A DNA stretch of 64,000 bases, from the NCBI GenBank assembly GCA_947306365.1, contig CAMZGD010000004.1, positions 52,531 to 116,530 of the forward strand. Direction: 5' to 3'. A program made the position numbers and the translations under genes. Below the pieces are notes generated by a model. The model did no database searches. It was not told the DNA's origin and saw only the letters and a program-made list of their open reading frames with translations. The DNA is from an uncultured Bacteroidales bacterium. GTDB lineage: Bacteria; Bacteroidota; Bacteroidia; Bacteroidales; UBA932. The number at the start of each line of letters is the position of its first letter. The stretch's first letter is position 1. Positions 9,068 to 18,777 of the stretch are shown here, in pieces.

Positions 9068-11335
9068 ATGAAGAACCCGATGCCTAAACGTCTGATGACG
9101 GCGGCCCTTGCGGTCGCGGCCATCGCCTTGTCCAGCGCCTGCGGACAGAAATGGGAAGCGCAGCCGGCCGACGGCTACCAGCTCATCGTCCAAAAGGGCG
9201 GCCCCACGCTCGGCTACACCTCAGCCCCCATCCTGACCGTCCGCGGCTACGCCTTCAAGGACCTCAACCGCAACGGACAGCTCGATCCGTACGAGAACTG
9301 GCGGCGTCCCGCCCGGGAACGCGCCGTCGACCTGGCCAGCCGCCTCTCGGTCGAAGAAATCGCCGGCCTGATGCTCTACAGCAGCCACCAGGCCGTACCC
9401 ACGGCCGAACTGACCGATGCCCAGCGCAAGTTCCTGGGCGAAGACAACCTGCGTGCGGTGCTGGTCACCACGGTCGGCAGCCCCGAAATCGCCGCCCGCT
9501 GGAACAACAACGTGCAGGCCTTCGTCGAGGCCCTGGGCTGCGGCATCCCCGCCAACAACAGTTCCGATCCCCGCAACGAAACGAGCGCCACGGCTGAATT
9601 CAACGCCGGCGCAGGCGGACAGATCTCCCTGTGGCCCACCCCGCTGGGACTTGCCGCCACGTTTGACCCGGAACTGGTACGCCAGTTCGGGGACATCGCT
9701 TCGAAGGAATACCGGGCGCTCGGCATCGCGACGGCGCTGAGCCCGCAGATCGACCTGGCCACCGAACCGCGGTGGAACCGCTTCAACGGCACCTTCGGCG
9801 AAGATCCCGACCTGGATACCGACCTGGCACGGGCCTACGTGGACGGCTTCCAGAGCACCGAAGGCGCCCGCGACGGCTGGGGCGCCGAAAGCGTGAACGC
9901 CATGGTCAAGCACTGGCCGTCCGGCGGACCGGAAGAGGGCGGCCGCGACGCACACTTCAACTACGGAAAATATGCCGTGTATCCCGGCGGCAACTTCCAG
10001 ACGCACCTGCAGGCCTTCGTCAAAGGCGCATTCCATCTGAACGGCCGGACCCGCAGCGCCTCCGCCGTAATGCCCTACTACACCATATCGACCGGCATCG
10101 ACCCGTCCGGGCAGAACGTGGGCAACAACTTCAGCCATTACATCATCAGCGACCTGCTGCGCGACCGGTACGGCTTCGACGGCGTCGTCTGCACCGACTG
10201 GAACATCACCTACGACAACGCCGGCGTCGAGACGTTCGACGGCAAGTGCTGGGGCGTGGAGACGCTTTCCGTAGCCGAGCGGCATTATGCGGTGCTGAAG
10301 GCCGGCGTGGACCAGTTCGGCGGCAACAACGACAAGGGCCCCGTGCTGGAGGCCTACCGGATGTGGTGCGCGGAATTCGGCGAGGATGCTGCCCGCGACC
10401 GCTTCGAAGCGTCGGCCGTCCGGCTGCTGATGAATGTCTTCCGCACCGGACTCTTCGAGAATCCCTACGTCGATCCGGCGGCGGCCGCCGCGCTGGTCGG
10501 CAATCCGGAATTCATGGCGGCCGGCTACGACGCCCAGCGAAAGTCGGTGGTCCTGCTGAAGAATCACGGAAGCGTGCTGCCGCAGACGCCCGGTCAGGAC
10601 GGGAAGCCGAAGGTGTATGTGCCGCAGCGGCACTATCCGGCCTTTGCCGGACGTTTCGGGCTGTTCGGCGCACATCCCGACTACTGGGCGCTGCCCGTCG
10701 AAAAAGAGCTGGTGGAGAAATACTACGGCTGGGCCGAAACCCCCGCTGAAGCGGACTTTGCGCTGGTCTTCATCCAGGAACCCTACTCCGGCACCGGCTA
10801 CGACGTGAAGGACCGGGAAGCCGGCGGCAACGGCTACGTGCCCATCAGCCTGCAGTATCTCCCCTACACCGCCGAATACGCCCGCGCCGAATCGCTGGCC
10901 GGCGGCGACCCGAAGGAGCCTTCCGCAAACCGTTCCTATAAAGGCAAGACCGTCACGACCGACAACGTGGACGACCTGAACAGCGTCATCGCCGCCCGCA
11001 AAGCGATGGGCGACAAGCCCGTCGTCGTGGTGATCGCCGCCACGCGGCCCTTCGTGCCCGCCGAATTCGAACCCTGCGCCGACGCCATCCTCCTGAGCCT
11101 CGGCACGCAGAACCAGGCCGTCCTCGACCTGGTGAGCGGCCTCGCCGAACCGTCCGGCCTGCTGCCGATGCAGCTGCCCGCCGATATGCGCACCGTGGAA
11201 GAACAGGCCGAAGACACGCCGCACGACCTGCGCTGCCACGTGGATGCCGATGGCAATACCTACGACTTCGCCTTCGGGCTCGACTGGAAAGGCGTCATCG
11301 ACGATGCCCGTACCCGCAAATACAGCAAGAAATAA
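9068..11335 (+). CDS. glycoside hydrolase family 3 (beta-glucosidase-like) lipoprotein
   Basis: 755 aa. Lipobox (ALSSACG), KHWPSGGPEEGGRDAHF, and nucleophile region GVVCTDW. Confidence 0.9.
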   Translation: MKNPMPKRLMTAALAVAAIALSSACGQKWEAQPADGYQLIVQKGGPTLGYTSAPILTVRGYAFKDLNRNGQLDPYENWRRPARERAVDLASRLSVEEIAGLMLYSSHQAVPTAELTDAQRKFLGEDNLRAVLVTTVGSPEIAARWNNNVQAFVEALGCGIPANNSSDPRNETSATAEFNAGAGGQISLWPTPLGLAATFDPELVRQFGDIASKEYRALGIATALSPQIDLATEPRWNRFNGTFGEDPDLDTDLARAYVDGFQSTEGARDGWGAESVNAMVKHWPSGGPEEGGRDAHFNYGKYAVYPGGNFQTHLQAFVKGAFHLNGRTRSASAVMPYYTISTGIDPSGQNVGNNFSHYIISDLLRDRYGFDGVVCTDWNITYDNAGVETFDGKCWGVETLSVAERHYAVLKAGVDQFGGNNDKGPVLEAYRMWCAEFGEDAARDRFEASAVRLLMNVFRTGLFENPYVDPAAAAALVGNPEFMAAGYDAQRKSVVLLKNHGSVLPQTPGQDGKPKVYVPQRHYPAFAGRFGLFGAHPDYWALPVEKELVEKYYGWAETPAEADFALVFIQEPYSGTGYDVKDREAGGNGYVPISLQYLPYTAEYARAESLAGGDPKEPSANRSYKGKTVTTDNVDDLNSVIAARKAMGDKPVVVVIAATRPFVPAEFEPCADAILLSLGTQNQAVLDLVSGLAEPSGLLPMQLPADMRTVEEQAEDTPHDLRCHVDADGNTYDFAFGLDWKGVIDDARTRKYSKK

Positions 11336-11347
11336 TCCATCCCTTCT

Positions 11348-13603
11348 ATGAAAAGATACCTCATCCCCGCCCTCCTGGCCCTCGCGCTGGCCGCTGCCTG
11401 CGCGAAACCCGTATCCCCCCAGGAGAAACTCTCGGCCAACGACGCCCGCATCGACGAAATCATCGCGCAGATGACCCTCGAGGAGAAGGTCGAGATGCTG
11501 CACAGTAAGACCAATATGTCCTCGGCCGGCGTGGAACGGCTGGGCATCGCCGACATCAACTACGCCGACGGTCCGTTCGGCATCCGCGAGGAAGGCCAGC
11601 CCAACGGCTTCATGAGCGCCGGCTGGACGCTCGACTCCGCCACCTACTTCCCCACCGGAAGCGCCCTGGCGGCGACCTGGAGCGAAGACCTGGCCTACAA
11701 GTACGGCACCGGCATGGGCCAGGAGGCCCGTCTCCGCGGCAAGGATGTCATCCTCGGCCCCGCCGTGAACATCCAGCGCTTGCCCGTGGGCGGCCGGACG
11801 TATGAATACCTGAGCGAAGACCCCATCCTTTCCGCCGCCCTGGCGCTGTACTACACCAAAGGCGTCCAGGACCAGGGAACGGCCGTATGCATCAAGCACT
11901 TCGCCGTGAACAACCAGGAGACCAGCCGCGGCAGCGTGGACGTGCAGATCGACGAGCGGACGCTCCGCGAGATCTATCTCAAGCCCTTCGAGCGCGCCAT
12001 TGTAGAAGGCGGTGCGATGAGCGTGATGCCGGCCTACAACAAGGTGAACGGCGACTACTGCTCCGAGAACGAGCACCTGCTCAACGAGATCCTGCGCGGC
12101 GAATGGGGATTCAGGGGAATGACCGTTTCCGACTGGGGCGGCACCCACAGCACGATGGGCGCGATGCTGCACGGCCTCAACGTGCAGATGACCGGTTCCA
12201 ATTATCTGGGCCAGCCCGTGATCGACTCCATCGCCGCCGGCGCCCTGACCGAGGACCTCGTGAACGAAAAGGTACGCCAGATCCTGCGCGTCCGCTTTGC
12301 TGTGGAGCCGGTGCCGGCCGACGTCGCCAACACCCGGATGACCTCGCAGCCGGAATCGCAGCGTATCGCCCGCGAAGTGGCCGAGAAATCGATCGTGCTG
12401 CTTAAGAACGACGGCATCCTGCCGGTCGGGCCGGACGTGAAGAAAATCGCCGTCATCGGCCAGAACGCCGTACTCAAGACACAGAGCGGCGGAATGGGCG
12501 CCGGCGTCAAGGCCCTCTACGAGGTGACGCCCCTCGAAGGCATCCGGGCCCGTGCCGGAGAAGGCGTCGAAGTGACCTACGCGCCGGGCTACAAGAACTA
12601 TCCCGGCTTCCGCTGGGGACCCGTCCCGGCCGAGCCGGACCCGCTGGAAGCCGCCGCCATCAACGAGCCCGCCGATCCGGCGCTGCTGGCCGAGGCCGTC
12701 GCCCTGGCCCGGGAGGCCGACCTGGTACTCTTCTTCGGCGGCACCAACAAGAGCATCGAGACCGAAGGCTCCGACCGCAAGGACATCAAGCTTCCCTGCG
12801 GGCAGGAAACCCTGGTCCAGGCCCTCTACGCGGCCAATCCGAACCTGGCCACCGTGCTGGTTTCGGGCGGTCCGACCGATCTCCAGGTCCTGGAGCCGGT
12901 CTCCCCGGCCATCGTGCAGGGCTGGTGGAACGGCACCGAAGGCGGCACCGCCCTGGCGGAAGTGCTCTTCGGCGACATCGCCCCGTCGGGCAAGCTGCCG
13001 TTCACCTTCCCGGTGAAACTCGAGGACAGCCCCGCCTACGCCCTTGGGAACTTCCCGGGCAACAGTGCCGGCGGCGATCTCTTCACCCTGATGTTCCGTC
13101 CGGACGTCCTCAAGATGACCCCAGCCGAGCGCCAGGCGCTGATCGACGCCCTGCCCAAGCCCGTCTCCCAGTACACGGAACGGTTCTATGTGGGCTACCG
13201 CTGGTTCGACACGAAGGAGATCAAGCCAATGTTTGCCTTCGGCCACGGCCTCTCCTACGTCACGTTCGGCTACGACCGCCTGAAGGCTTCCGTCTCCGGC
13301 AGAAAGGTCAAAGTCACCTTCCGGCTCACGAACGAAGGCGAAATGGAGGCCGACGAAGTGGTCCAGCTCTATGTCCGCCGCATCGATTCCAGCGTGGAAT
13401 GGCCCGCCAAGGAACTCAAGGCGTTCAAGCGTGTCACCCTGAAGGCCGGCGAGTGCCGGAAAGTATCCCTCGAGATTCCGTTCGAAGACCTGCGCTACTG
13501 GAACGAAGAAACGGGCGCCTGGGATCTGGAACACGGCAAGCTGCAGCTCCTGCTGGGCGCCGCTTCCGACGACATCCGCCAAACGGCTGAAGTGACGATC
13601 TAA
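11348..13603 (+). CDS. glycoside hydrolase family 3 (BglX-like beta-glucosidase/xylosidase)
   Basis: 751 aa. KHFAVNNQE, GMTVSDWGG, and the C-terminal Fn3-like FGHGLSYVTFGY. Confidence 0.92.
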   Translation: MKRYLIPALLALALAAACAKPVSPQEKLSANDARIDEIIAQMTLEEKVEMLHSKTNMSSAGVERLGIADINYADGPFGIREEGQPNGFMSAGWTLDSATYFPTGSALAATWSEDLAYKYGTGMGQEARLRGKDVILGPAVNIQRLPVGGRTYEYLSEDPILSAALALYYTKGVQDQGTAVCIKHFAVNNQETSRGSVDVQIDERTLREIYLKPFERAIVEGGAMSVMPAYNKVNGDYCSENEHLLNEILRGEWGFRGMTVSDWGGTHSTMGAMLHGLNVQMTGSNYLGQPVIDSIAAGALTEDLVNEKVRQILRVRFAVEPVPADVANTRMTSQPESQRIAREVAEKSIVLLKNDGILPVGPDVKKIAVIGQNAVLKTQSGGMGAGVKALYEVTPLEGIRARAGEGVEVTYAPGYKNYPGFRWGPVPAEPDPLEAAAINEPADPALLAEAVALAREADLVLFFGGTNKSIETEGSDRKDIKLPCGQETLVQALYAANPNLATVLVSGGPTDLQVLEPVSPAIVQGWWNGTEGGTALAEVLFGDIAPSGKLPFTFPVKLEDSPAYALGNFPGNSAGGDLFTLMFRPDVLKMTPAERQALIDALPKPVSQYTERFYVGYRWFDTKEIKPMFAFGHGLSYVTFGYDRLKASVSGRKVKVTFRLTNEGEMEADEVVQLYVRRIDSSVEWPAKELKAFKRVTLKAGECRKVSLEIPFEDLRYWNEETGAWDLEHGKLQLLLGAASDDIRQTAEVTI

Positions 13604-13733
13604 TTGAATGATACGGCTTTGTTTCGAGACCGTCTGCGCCCACGCAGCCGTGAGTGGGAGGGGCCCATCGCTTGCGATGGGAGGGATAGGCCCCGCAGGG
13701 GCCGTAGTCTCGAAACAAAGCCATGTCATTCAA
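13604..13733. repeat. 130-nt palindromic element: 27-bp inverted arms enclosing three GC-rich mini-hairpins
   Basis: Left arm TTGAATGATACGGCTTTGTTTCGAGAC (13604-13630) pairs with GTCTCGAAACAAAGCCATGTCATTCAA (13707-13733), giving 25 Watson-Crick pairs, one G-U and one mismatch. Inner hairpins: CTGCG-CCCA-CGCAG (13634-13647), CCCATCG-CTTG-CGATGGG (13664-13681), GGCCCC-GCA-GGGGCC (13689-13703). Confidence 0.8.
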
Positions 13734-13744
13734 AACAGACCAAT

Positions 13745-15160
13745 ATGATGAAACGATTCCTTTTGATAATGGCCGTCGCGGCGCTAGCCACCGGCTGCGC
13801 ACCCAGGAATCCGGTCCTGACCGTCTCCGGGGGAAAGATCCGGGGCGTCCCCACGGAAACACCCGGCGTGACGGTCTTCAAGGGCATCCCCTATGCCGCC
13901 GCCCCCGTCGGGGAACTGCGGTGGAAAGCACCGCAGCCCGTCGTTCCCTGGGACGGCGTAAAGGTGTGCGACACCTTCGGCGCCCCCTCCTGGCAGAACG
14001 CCCATACCCCGGGCGGCTATACCCCGGAGTTCTTCTTCGACGGCGACCCGACGTTCAGCGAAGACTGTCTCTACCTGAACGTCTGGACGCCTGCCGCCGG
14101 AAAGCCGAAGGCCAAACTGCCCGTCACCCTCTGGATCCACGGAGGCGGCTACGTGGCAGGCTGGGGCTCCGAGCCGGAAATGGACGGGGAAGAATGGGCG
14201 CGGCACGGCGGCGTGCTCGTGACCTTCAACTACCGGCTCGGGCTGCTGGGCTTCCTGGCCCACCCGGCCCTTTCGGCCGAGAATCCGGAGCACGTCTCGG
14301 GCAACTACGGCATGCTCGACCAGATCGCCGCGCTCAAATGGGTGAAAGCCAACATCGCCGCCTTCGGCGGAGACCCGGACCACATCACCCTTATGGGGCA
14401 GAGCGCCGGCGCAATGAGCGTACAGACGCTTGTCACCTCCCCGCTCGCCAAAGACCTGGTCGCGGGCGCCATCATCCAGAGCGGCGGCGGCATTTCCGAA
14501 CGGACGCTGCTCGGCCGTGCGACGCTGCCGGAAGCCGAAGCCGCCGGAAAGGCCCTGATGGACTGGGCCGGCTGCACGACGCCCGAACAGATGCGCGCCG
14601 CCGAACCGCAGGCGTTCCTCAATCTCGTCTGGCAATATGCGGCCGAAACCGGACAGTATCCTGCCGGCATCACCTCCCCCGTCATCGACGGGTACGCCCT
14701 GCCCGAATCTTTCGGTGAGGCCGCCCTGGGCGGGCGGATCGCCGACGTACCCTACCTCATCGGCTGCACGCTCGACGACATGACCGGCCTGGCCGGCGGC
14801 ATCGACCGTTTCTGCGCCGCACGCGAAGCGACGGGAAGTCCGGCCTACGCCTACCAGTTCGCACGGCGGCTTCCCTCCGACGGCCGCCCCGACGTCCTGA
14901 CGGGCGCTTTCCACTCCTCGGAACTCTGGTATATGTTCAAATCGCTCCGCTTCGGCTGGCGGCCTTTTACCGAAGGCGACTACGCCCTGGCGGAACAGAT
15001 GATCACCTGCTGGACCGATTTTGCCCGGACCGGCAACCCCAACGGCGACGGACCTCAGCGCTGGACGCCCTGTACGGCCGGTAACCCGCAGTTCATGGTT
15101 TTCCGGCTCGATGAAAACGATGCGGTCGCTTCCGCGATGGGCGCACCGCTGGAACCCTGA
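13745..15160 (+). CDS. carboxylesterase type B family (para-nitrobenzyl-esterase-like) lipoprotein
   Basis: Start at MMKRFLLIMAVAALATGCAP. LWIHGGGYVAG oxyanion region and the GQSAGA nucleophile elbow. The ORF-track extension 13604-13744 is the palindromic element, not coding sequence. Confidence 0.88.
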   Translation: MMKRFLLIMAVAALATGCAPRNPVLTVSGGKIRGVPTETPGVTVFKGIPYAAAPVGELRWKAPQPVVPWDGVKVCDTFGAPSWQNAHTPGGYTPEFFFDGDPTFSEDCLYLNVWTPAAGKPKAKLPVTLWIHGGGYVAGWGSEPEMDGEEWARHGGVLVTFNYRLGLLGFLAHPALSAENPEHVSGNYGMLDQIAALKWVKANIAAFGGDPDHITLMGQSAGAMSVQTLVTSPLAKDLVAGAIIQSGGGISERTLLGRATLPEAEAAGKALMDWAGCTTPEQMRAAEPQAFLNLVWQYAAETGQYPAGITSPVIDGYALPESFGEAALGGRIADVPYLIGCTLDDMTGLAGGIDRFCAAREATGSPAYAYQFARRLPSDGRPDVLTGAFHSSELWYMFKSLRFGWRPFTEGDYALAEQMITCWTDFARTGNPNGDGPQRWTPCTAGNPQFMVFRLDENDAVASAMGAPLEP

Positions 15161-15166
15161 CATTAT

Positions 15167-16267
15167 ATGAAAATGAAAAGACATCTCTTCCTCACTACAC
15201 TGCTGGCCTGCTGCATCCTTCTTCCGGCCTCGGCCCAATGGTTCCGGCAGCCCACCCCCAACGACACCCTCCAGTCCGTCCGCATCCTTCCGGACGGCGC
15301 CGTCCTTTTCCAGATCTACGCACCCGAAGCCAGGACCGTCGCCGTGACGGGCGACCTGCCCTGGGACAATCCCGTAAAATTCGTAAAGAATGCCGACGGC
15401 GTGTGGCAGGGCCGCTGCGAAGGCCTGTCCGACGGCTGCTTCCGCTACAGTTTCCTGGTGGACGGCGTACGCGTCCAGGATCCGAAAGCCCCGCTTTCAG
15501 CCGAACAGGCCTCCGTTTTCACGAAAGGAGAGGGCTATGTGAAAGACGTGCCGCACGGCGCCCTGGCGCAGCGCTGGTACTGGTCTTCCACGCTGGGCTG
15601 CCTGCGCCGGATGCACGTCTGGACCCCTGCCGGCTACGAGCAGTCGCGCAAGAAACTGCCGGTGCTCTACCTCATCCACGGCGGCGGTGACAACGACGCC
15701 TCCTGGCCGGGCGTAGGCGCGGCAGGCTGGATCCTCGACAACCTGCTTGCCGAGGGAAAGATCGTCCCGATGATCGTCGTGATGCCCAACGGCACCATCG
15801 AAGCGGACGACATGATGGGCGAAGTGCCCCTTTTCGGCGAAGACATGGTCCGCAGCATCATTCCTTTCGTCGAAGCGAACTACCGCGTGAAAGCCGACCA
15901 GGCCCACCGTGCCATGGCAGGCCTGTCGATGGGCGGAATGGAGACCATCGAGACGGCCTTCCTGCATCCCACGCTTTTCAGCCAGGTTTGGGTGCTGAGT
16001 TCCAGCTTCTCGCCGGGCCGGCAGAGAGAATATGTGGAACGCATCCGGCTTTCCGAGATCGCCCCCGCCCTCAACCGCAATTTCAAGGCGCTGGTCTTCA
16101 CCCAGGGCGGCCCGTCCGACATCGCCTATATGAACTGCCAGGAAGCCCTCGGCTACCTGAAGGACGCCGGCGTCCGCTACGAATACAAGGAGAACGCCCA
16201 GGCGGGCCACAGCTGGATCACCTGGCGCGCCGACCTGGCCGTCCTCGCCCCCACCCTCTTCCGATAA
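15167..16267 (+). CDS. esterase, esterase-D/CE1-like with N-terminal Ig-like (E-set/CBM48-like) domain
   Basis: 366 aa. Signal peptide, VLYLIHGGGDNDASW, and GLSMGG nucleophile motif. Confidence 0.85.
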   Translation: MKMKRHLFLTTLLACCILLPASAQWFRQPTPNDTLQSVRILPDGAVLFQIYAPEARTVAVTGDLPWDNPVKFVKNADGVWQGRCEGLSDGCFRYSFLVDGVRVQDPKAPLSAEQASVFTKGEGYVKDVPHGALAQRWYWSSTLGCLRRMHVWTPAGYEQSRKKLPVLYLIHGGGDNDASWPGVGAAGWILDNLLAEGKIVPMIVVMPNGTIEADDMMGEVPLFGEDMVRSIIPFVEANYRVKADQAHRAMAGLSMGGMETIETAFLHPTLFSQVWVLSSSFSPGRQREYVERIRLSEIAPALNRNFKALVFTQGGPSDIAYMNCQEALGYLKDAGVRYEYKENAQAGHSWITWRADLAVLAPTLFR

Positions 16268-16288
16268 CAACCACAACCATCGTTCAAT

Positions 16289-17428
16289 ATGAAAAAAATC
16301 CTGACCCTCCTTGCAACGTGCCTGCTGGCCGCATCGGCCCTCCACGCACAGGAACTGACCAACTTCGCCTTCTGGGGCAACCAGAAACCCATCATCTCTC
16401 CTGAAATCACGCAGGACAGCGTGACCTTCCGGCTGAAAGCCGACTATGCCACCGTCGTGAAACTCAGCGGCTCGTGGATGGAAAACCCCTGGTTCGGCAC
16501 CATCGACATGAAACGCGGTGAGAACTGCGTCTGGGAAGTGACCATCCCGCTCCCCAGCCCGGAAATCTACACCTACAACTTCGTGGTGGACGGCGTGGCC
16601 GTCAATGACCCGCAGAACGTGCTCGTACAGCGCGACGGCACCCGCTATCTCCCGATGCTGCTGGTCCCCGGCGAACGCACCGAGAATTACGGTGAAGCCC
16701 ATCAGCACGGCACGGTGAGCCATCCCTGGTACACCAGCAAGATCCTCGGCATGGACCGCCGCCTGACGGTCTACACGCCGTACGGCTACGAGAACAATCC
16801 CAAGAAAAAGTACCCGGTGCTCTACCTGCTCCACGGCGCAGGCGGTGACGAGGAAGCCTGGATCTCGATGGGCCGCACCGCCCAGATCCTCGACAACCTC
16901 ATCGAGAAGGGCCTGGCCGAGCCGATGATCGTCGTGATGCCGAACGGCAATCCCGGACAGGCGGCAGCCCGCACCCTCAACATCCCGGAGAAGGCCATCG
17001 ACTGGCGCGCACCTGAAAACCGCGAACTCTATGTGAAGAGCCTCTGCACGGAGATCGTCCCGTTCATCGAGAAGAACTTCCGCGCCATCCCCAAACCGGC
17101 TTCGCGCGCCATCGCGGGCCTTTCGATGGGCGGCGGACACACCATCTCCGCCTCGATCCTCTATCCGGAGCTGTTCGACTACATCTGCCCGCTCTCCGCG
17201 GCCGGCAGCGCCACGCCCGAGCAGATCGCAGCCCTCAAGAAGGCCGGCGTGAAGCTCTACTTCCTTGCCTGCGGCAACACCGACTTCCTGTTCCAAGGCG
17301 CCGAGGAAATGCACGCCAAGCTCACCGAGCAGGGCCTGGACCACGAGTACTTCGTCTCCGACGGCGGTCATGTCTGGTCGAACTGGCGCCTGTACCTGAA
17401 TACTTTCGCCCGGAAGCTGTTCAAGTAA
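16289..17428 (+). CDS. esterase, esterase-D/CE1-like with N-terminal Ig-like domain
   Basis: 379 aa. VLYLLHGAGGDEEAW and AIAGLSMGGGHT. Close paralog of 17556-18770. Confidence 0.85.
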   Translation: MKKILTLLATCLLAASALHAQELTNFAFWGNQKPIISPEITQDSVTFRLKADYATVVKLSGSWMENPWFGTIDMKRGENCVWEVTIPLPSPEIYTYNFVVDGVAVNDPQNVLVQRDGTRYLPMLLVPGERTENYGEAHQHGTVSHPWYTSKILGMDRRLTVYTPYGYENNPKKKYPVLYLLHGAGGDEEAWISMGRTAQILDNLIEKGLAEPMIVVMPNGNPGQAAARTLNIPEKAIDWRAPENRELYVKSLCTEIVPFIEKNFRAIPKPASRAIAGLSMGGGHTISASILYPELFDYICPLSAAGSATPEQIAALKKAGVKLYFLACGNTDFLFQGAEEMHAKLTEQGLDHEYFVSDGGHVWSNWRLYLNTFARKLFK

Positions 17429-17442
17429 TCTGCCATCATCCG

Positions 17443-17529
17443 CCCGTCCACATTTTGGGGCTCCAGCGTGGACGGGGCCGCGAAAAAGTTACTCCCGTCC
17501 ACATTTCAGCATGAAATCGTGGACGGGAG
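17443..17529. repeat. two tandem REP-like hairpins sharing the stem CCCGTCCAC/GTGGACGGG between convergent esterase genes
   Basis: Hairpin 1 is CCCGTCCAC(17443-17451)...GTGGACGGG(17468-17476). Hairpin 2 is CTCCCGTCCAC(17492-17502)...GTGGACGGGAG(17519-17529). Both begin CCCGTCCACATTT. On the minus strand hairpin 2 is followed by a T5 run, so it probably terminates 17556-18770. Confidence 0.7.
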
Positions 17530-17555
17530 TCGTCTAAATAAACGGATCGAATCCG

Positions 17556-18770
17556 CTACTTGAAGATCAGCGGCACGAACTCGCTGAGATAGATCCGCCA
17601 GTTGCGCCAGATGTGGCCGCCGTCCGTTTCCAGATAGGTGTACGGATACTTGTTCTCGTCGAGCTTCTTGCGGAAATCGTTGTTCGCCTGGATGAGGAAA
17701 TCGGTCGAACCGATGCCGATCCACAGCAGGCGCGGCTTCTTGGCGAAGTACGTGGCGAGCTTCTGGTCGAATTGCTGGTAGATCGGGCTGACGGAGTCGT
17801 CGCTCACGCCGATGGCGGCGGAGAACATGCCCGACCAGCCGAACATGTCGGGGTTGTTGAGCGAGATGTACAGCGTGTGGAAACCGCCCATCGAAAGGCC
17901 GCAGATGGCGCGGGAATCTTTCTTGGCGATGGTCCGGTAACGGCTGTCGATGAACTTCACGATCTCGGGGAACGACGTCTCGAAGGTGCCTTCCATGGTC
18001 TGGGGCAGCTGCATCGTCGGACGCGTATAGTCCGTGGAATTCTCCAGCGGAGCGGCTTCCTGCGAGATGTTGCCGTTGGTGAAGACCACGATCATCGGCC
18101 GGGCCTCGCCGCGGGCGATGAGGTTGTCGAGGATCTGCGTGGCACGGCCCTGCGTCACCCAGGCGTCTTCGTCGCCGCCGATGCCGTGGAGCACGTACAG
18201 CACGGGATACTTCGCTTTCGGGTTGTTCTCATAGCCGGCCGGCGTGTAGACGGTCAGCCGACGGTCGAAACCGGCGGTCTTCGACGGATACCACACCTTC
18301 GAAACGGTGCCGTGGGGTACGCGGTGGATGGCATACAGGTCGCTGCGTTCGCCGGCCTTCGGCACGAGCAGCACGCTGGTGAGCGAGGCGATGTCGCGGT
18401 TGACGAACACGTTGTTGTTGTCGATGACGGTATTGCCGTCGACGATGAACGTATAGGTATACATCTCAGGCGCCACGGCGAAGGGCGTGGTGTATTCCCA
18501 CACGCCGCCCTGCTTCTCCGCAAGGTCGGCCACGCCGGGAGCGTCGTAGGTCATCTTGTTGCCGTTCATCTCGAACTCCAGTTTCTGGGTGGGAAGGAAA
18601 TCGCCGGTGACCTGGACTTTCACGGCCTTGGGGGCACGGTAGCGGAACGTGACGGTCCCGTCCGGATTGATGACGGGAGATTCCACATTGGGACCTCCCC
18701 AGAGGGCCTGCTGTGCGAAAGCCGAGACGGCCAGCAGCAGCATGGCGAGAATGGATGTGATTTTTTTCAT
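17556..18770 (-). CDS. esterase, esterase-D/CE1-like with N-terminal Ig-like domain
   Basis: 404 aa. VLYVLHGIGGDEDAW and AICGLSMGGFHT. Confidence 0.85.
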   Translation of the reverse strand: MKKITSILAMLLLAVSAFAQQALWGGPNVESPVINPDGTVTFRYRAPKAVKVQVTGDFLPTQKLEFEMNGNKMTYDAPGVADLAEKQGGVWEYTTPFAVAPEMYTYTFIVDGNTVIDNNNVFVNRDIASLTSVLLVPKAGERSDLYAIHRVPHGTVSKVWYPSKTAGFDRRLTVYTPAGYENNPKAKYPVLYVLHGIGGDEDAWVTQGRATQILDNLIARGEARPMIVVFTNGNISQEAAPLENSTDYTRPTMQLPQTMEGTFETSFPEIVKFIDSRYRTIAKKDSRAICGLSMGGFHTLYISLNNPDMFGWSGMFSAAIGVSDDSVSPIYQQFDQKLATYFAKKPRLLWIGIGSTDFLIQANNDFRKKLDENKYPYTYLETDGGHIWRNWRIYLSEFVPLIFK

Positions 18771-18777
18771 TGCTTAG

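Noticed and set aside
9221-13729. 1502-aa ORF on the minus strand spanning two GH3 genes
   Set aside because: It is exactly antisense to two well-supported GH3 CDS. It has the Gly/Ala/Val/Arg/Asp/His-rich low-complexity composition typical of stop-codon-poor antisense frames in high-GC DNA, and I recognise no family motif in it.
13604-13744. N-terminal extension of the carboxylesterase ORF (MNDTALFRDRLRPRS...)
   Set aside because: The extension is the 130-nt palindromic element. The protein has a proper lipoprotein signal starting at the ATG at 13745.
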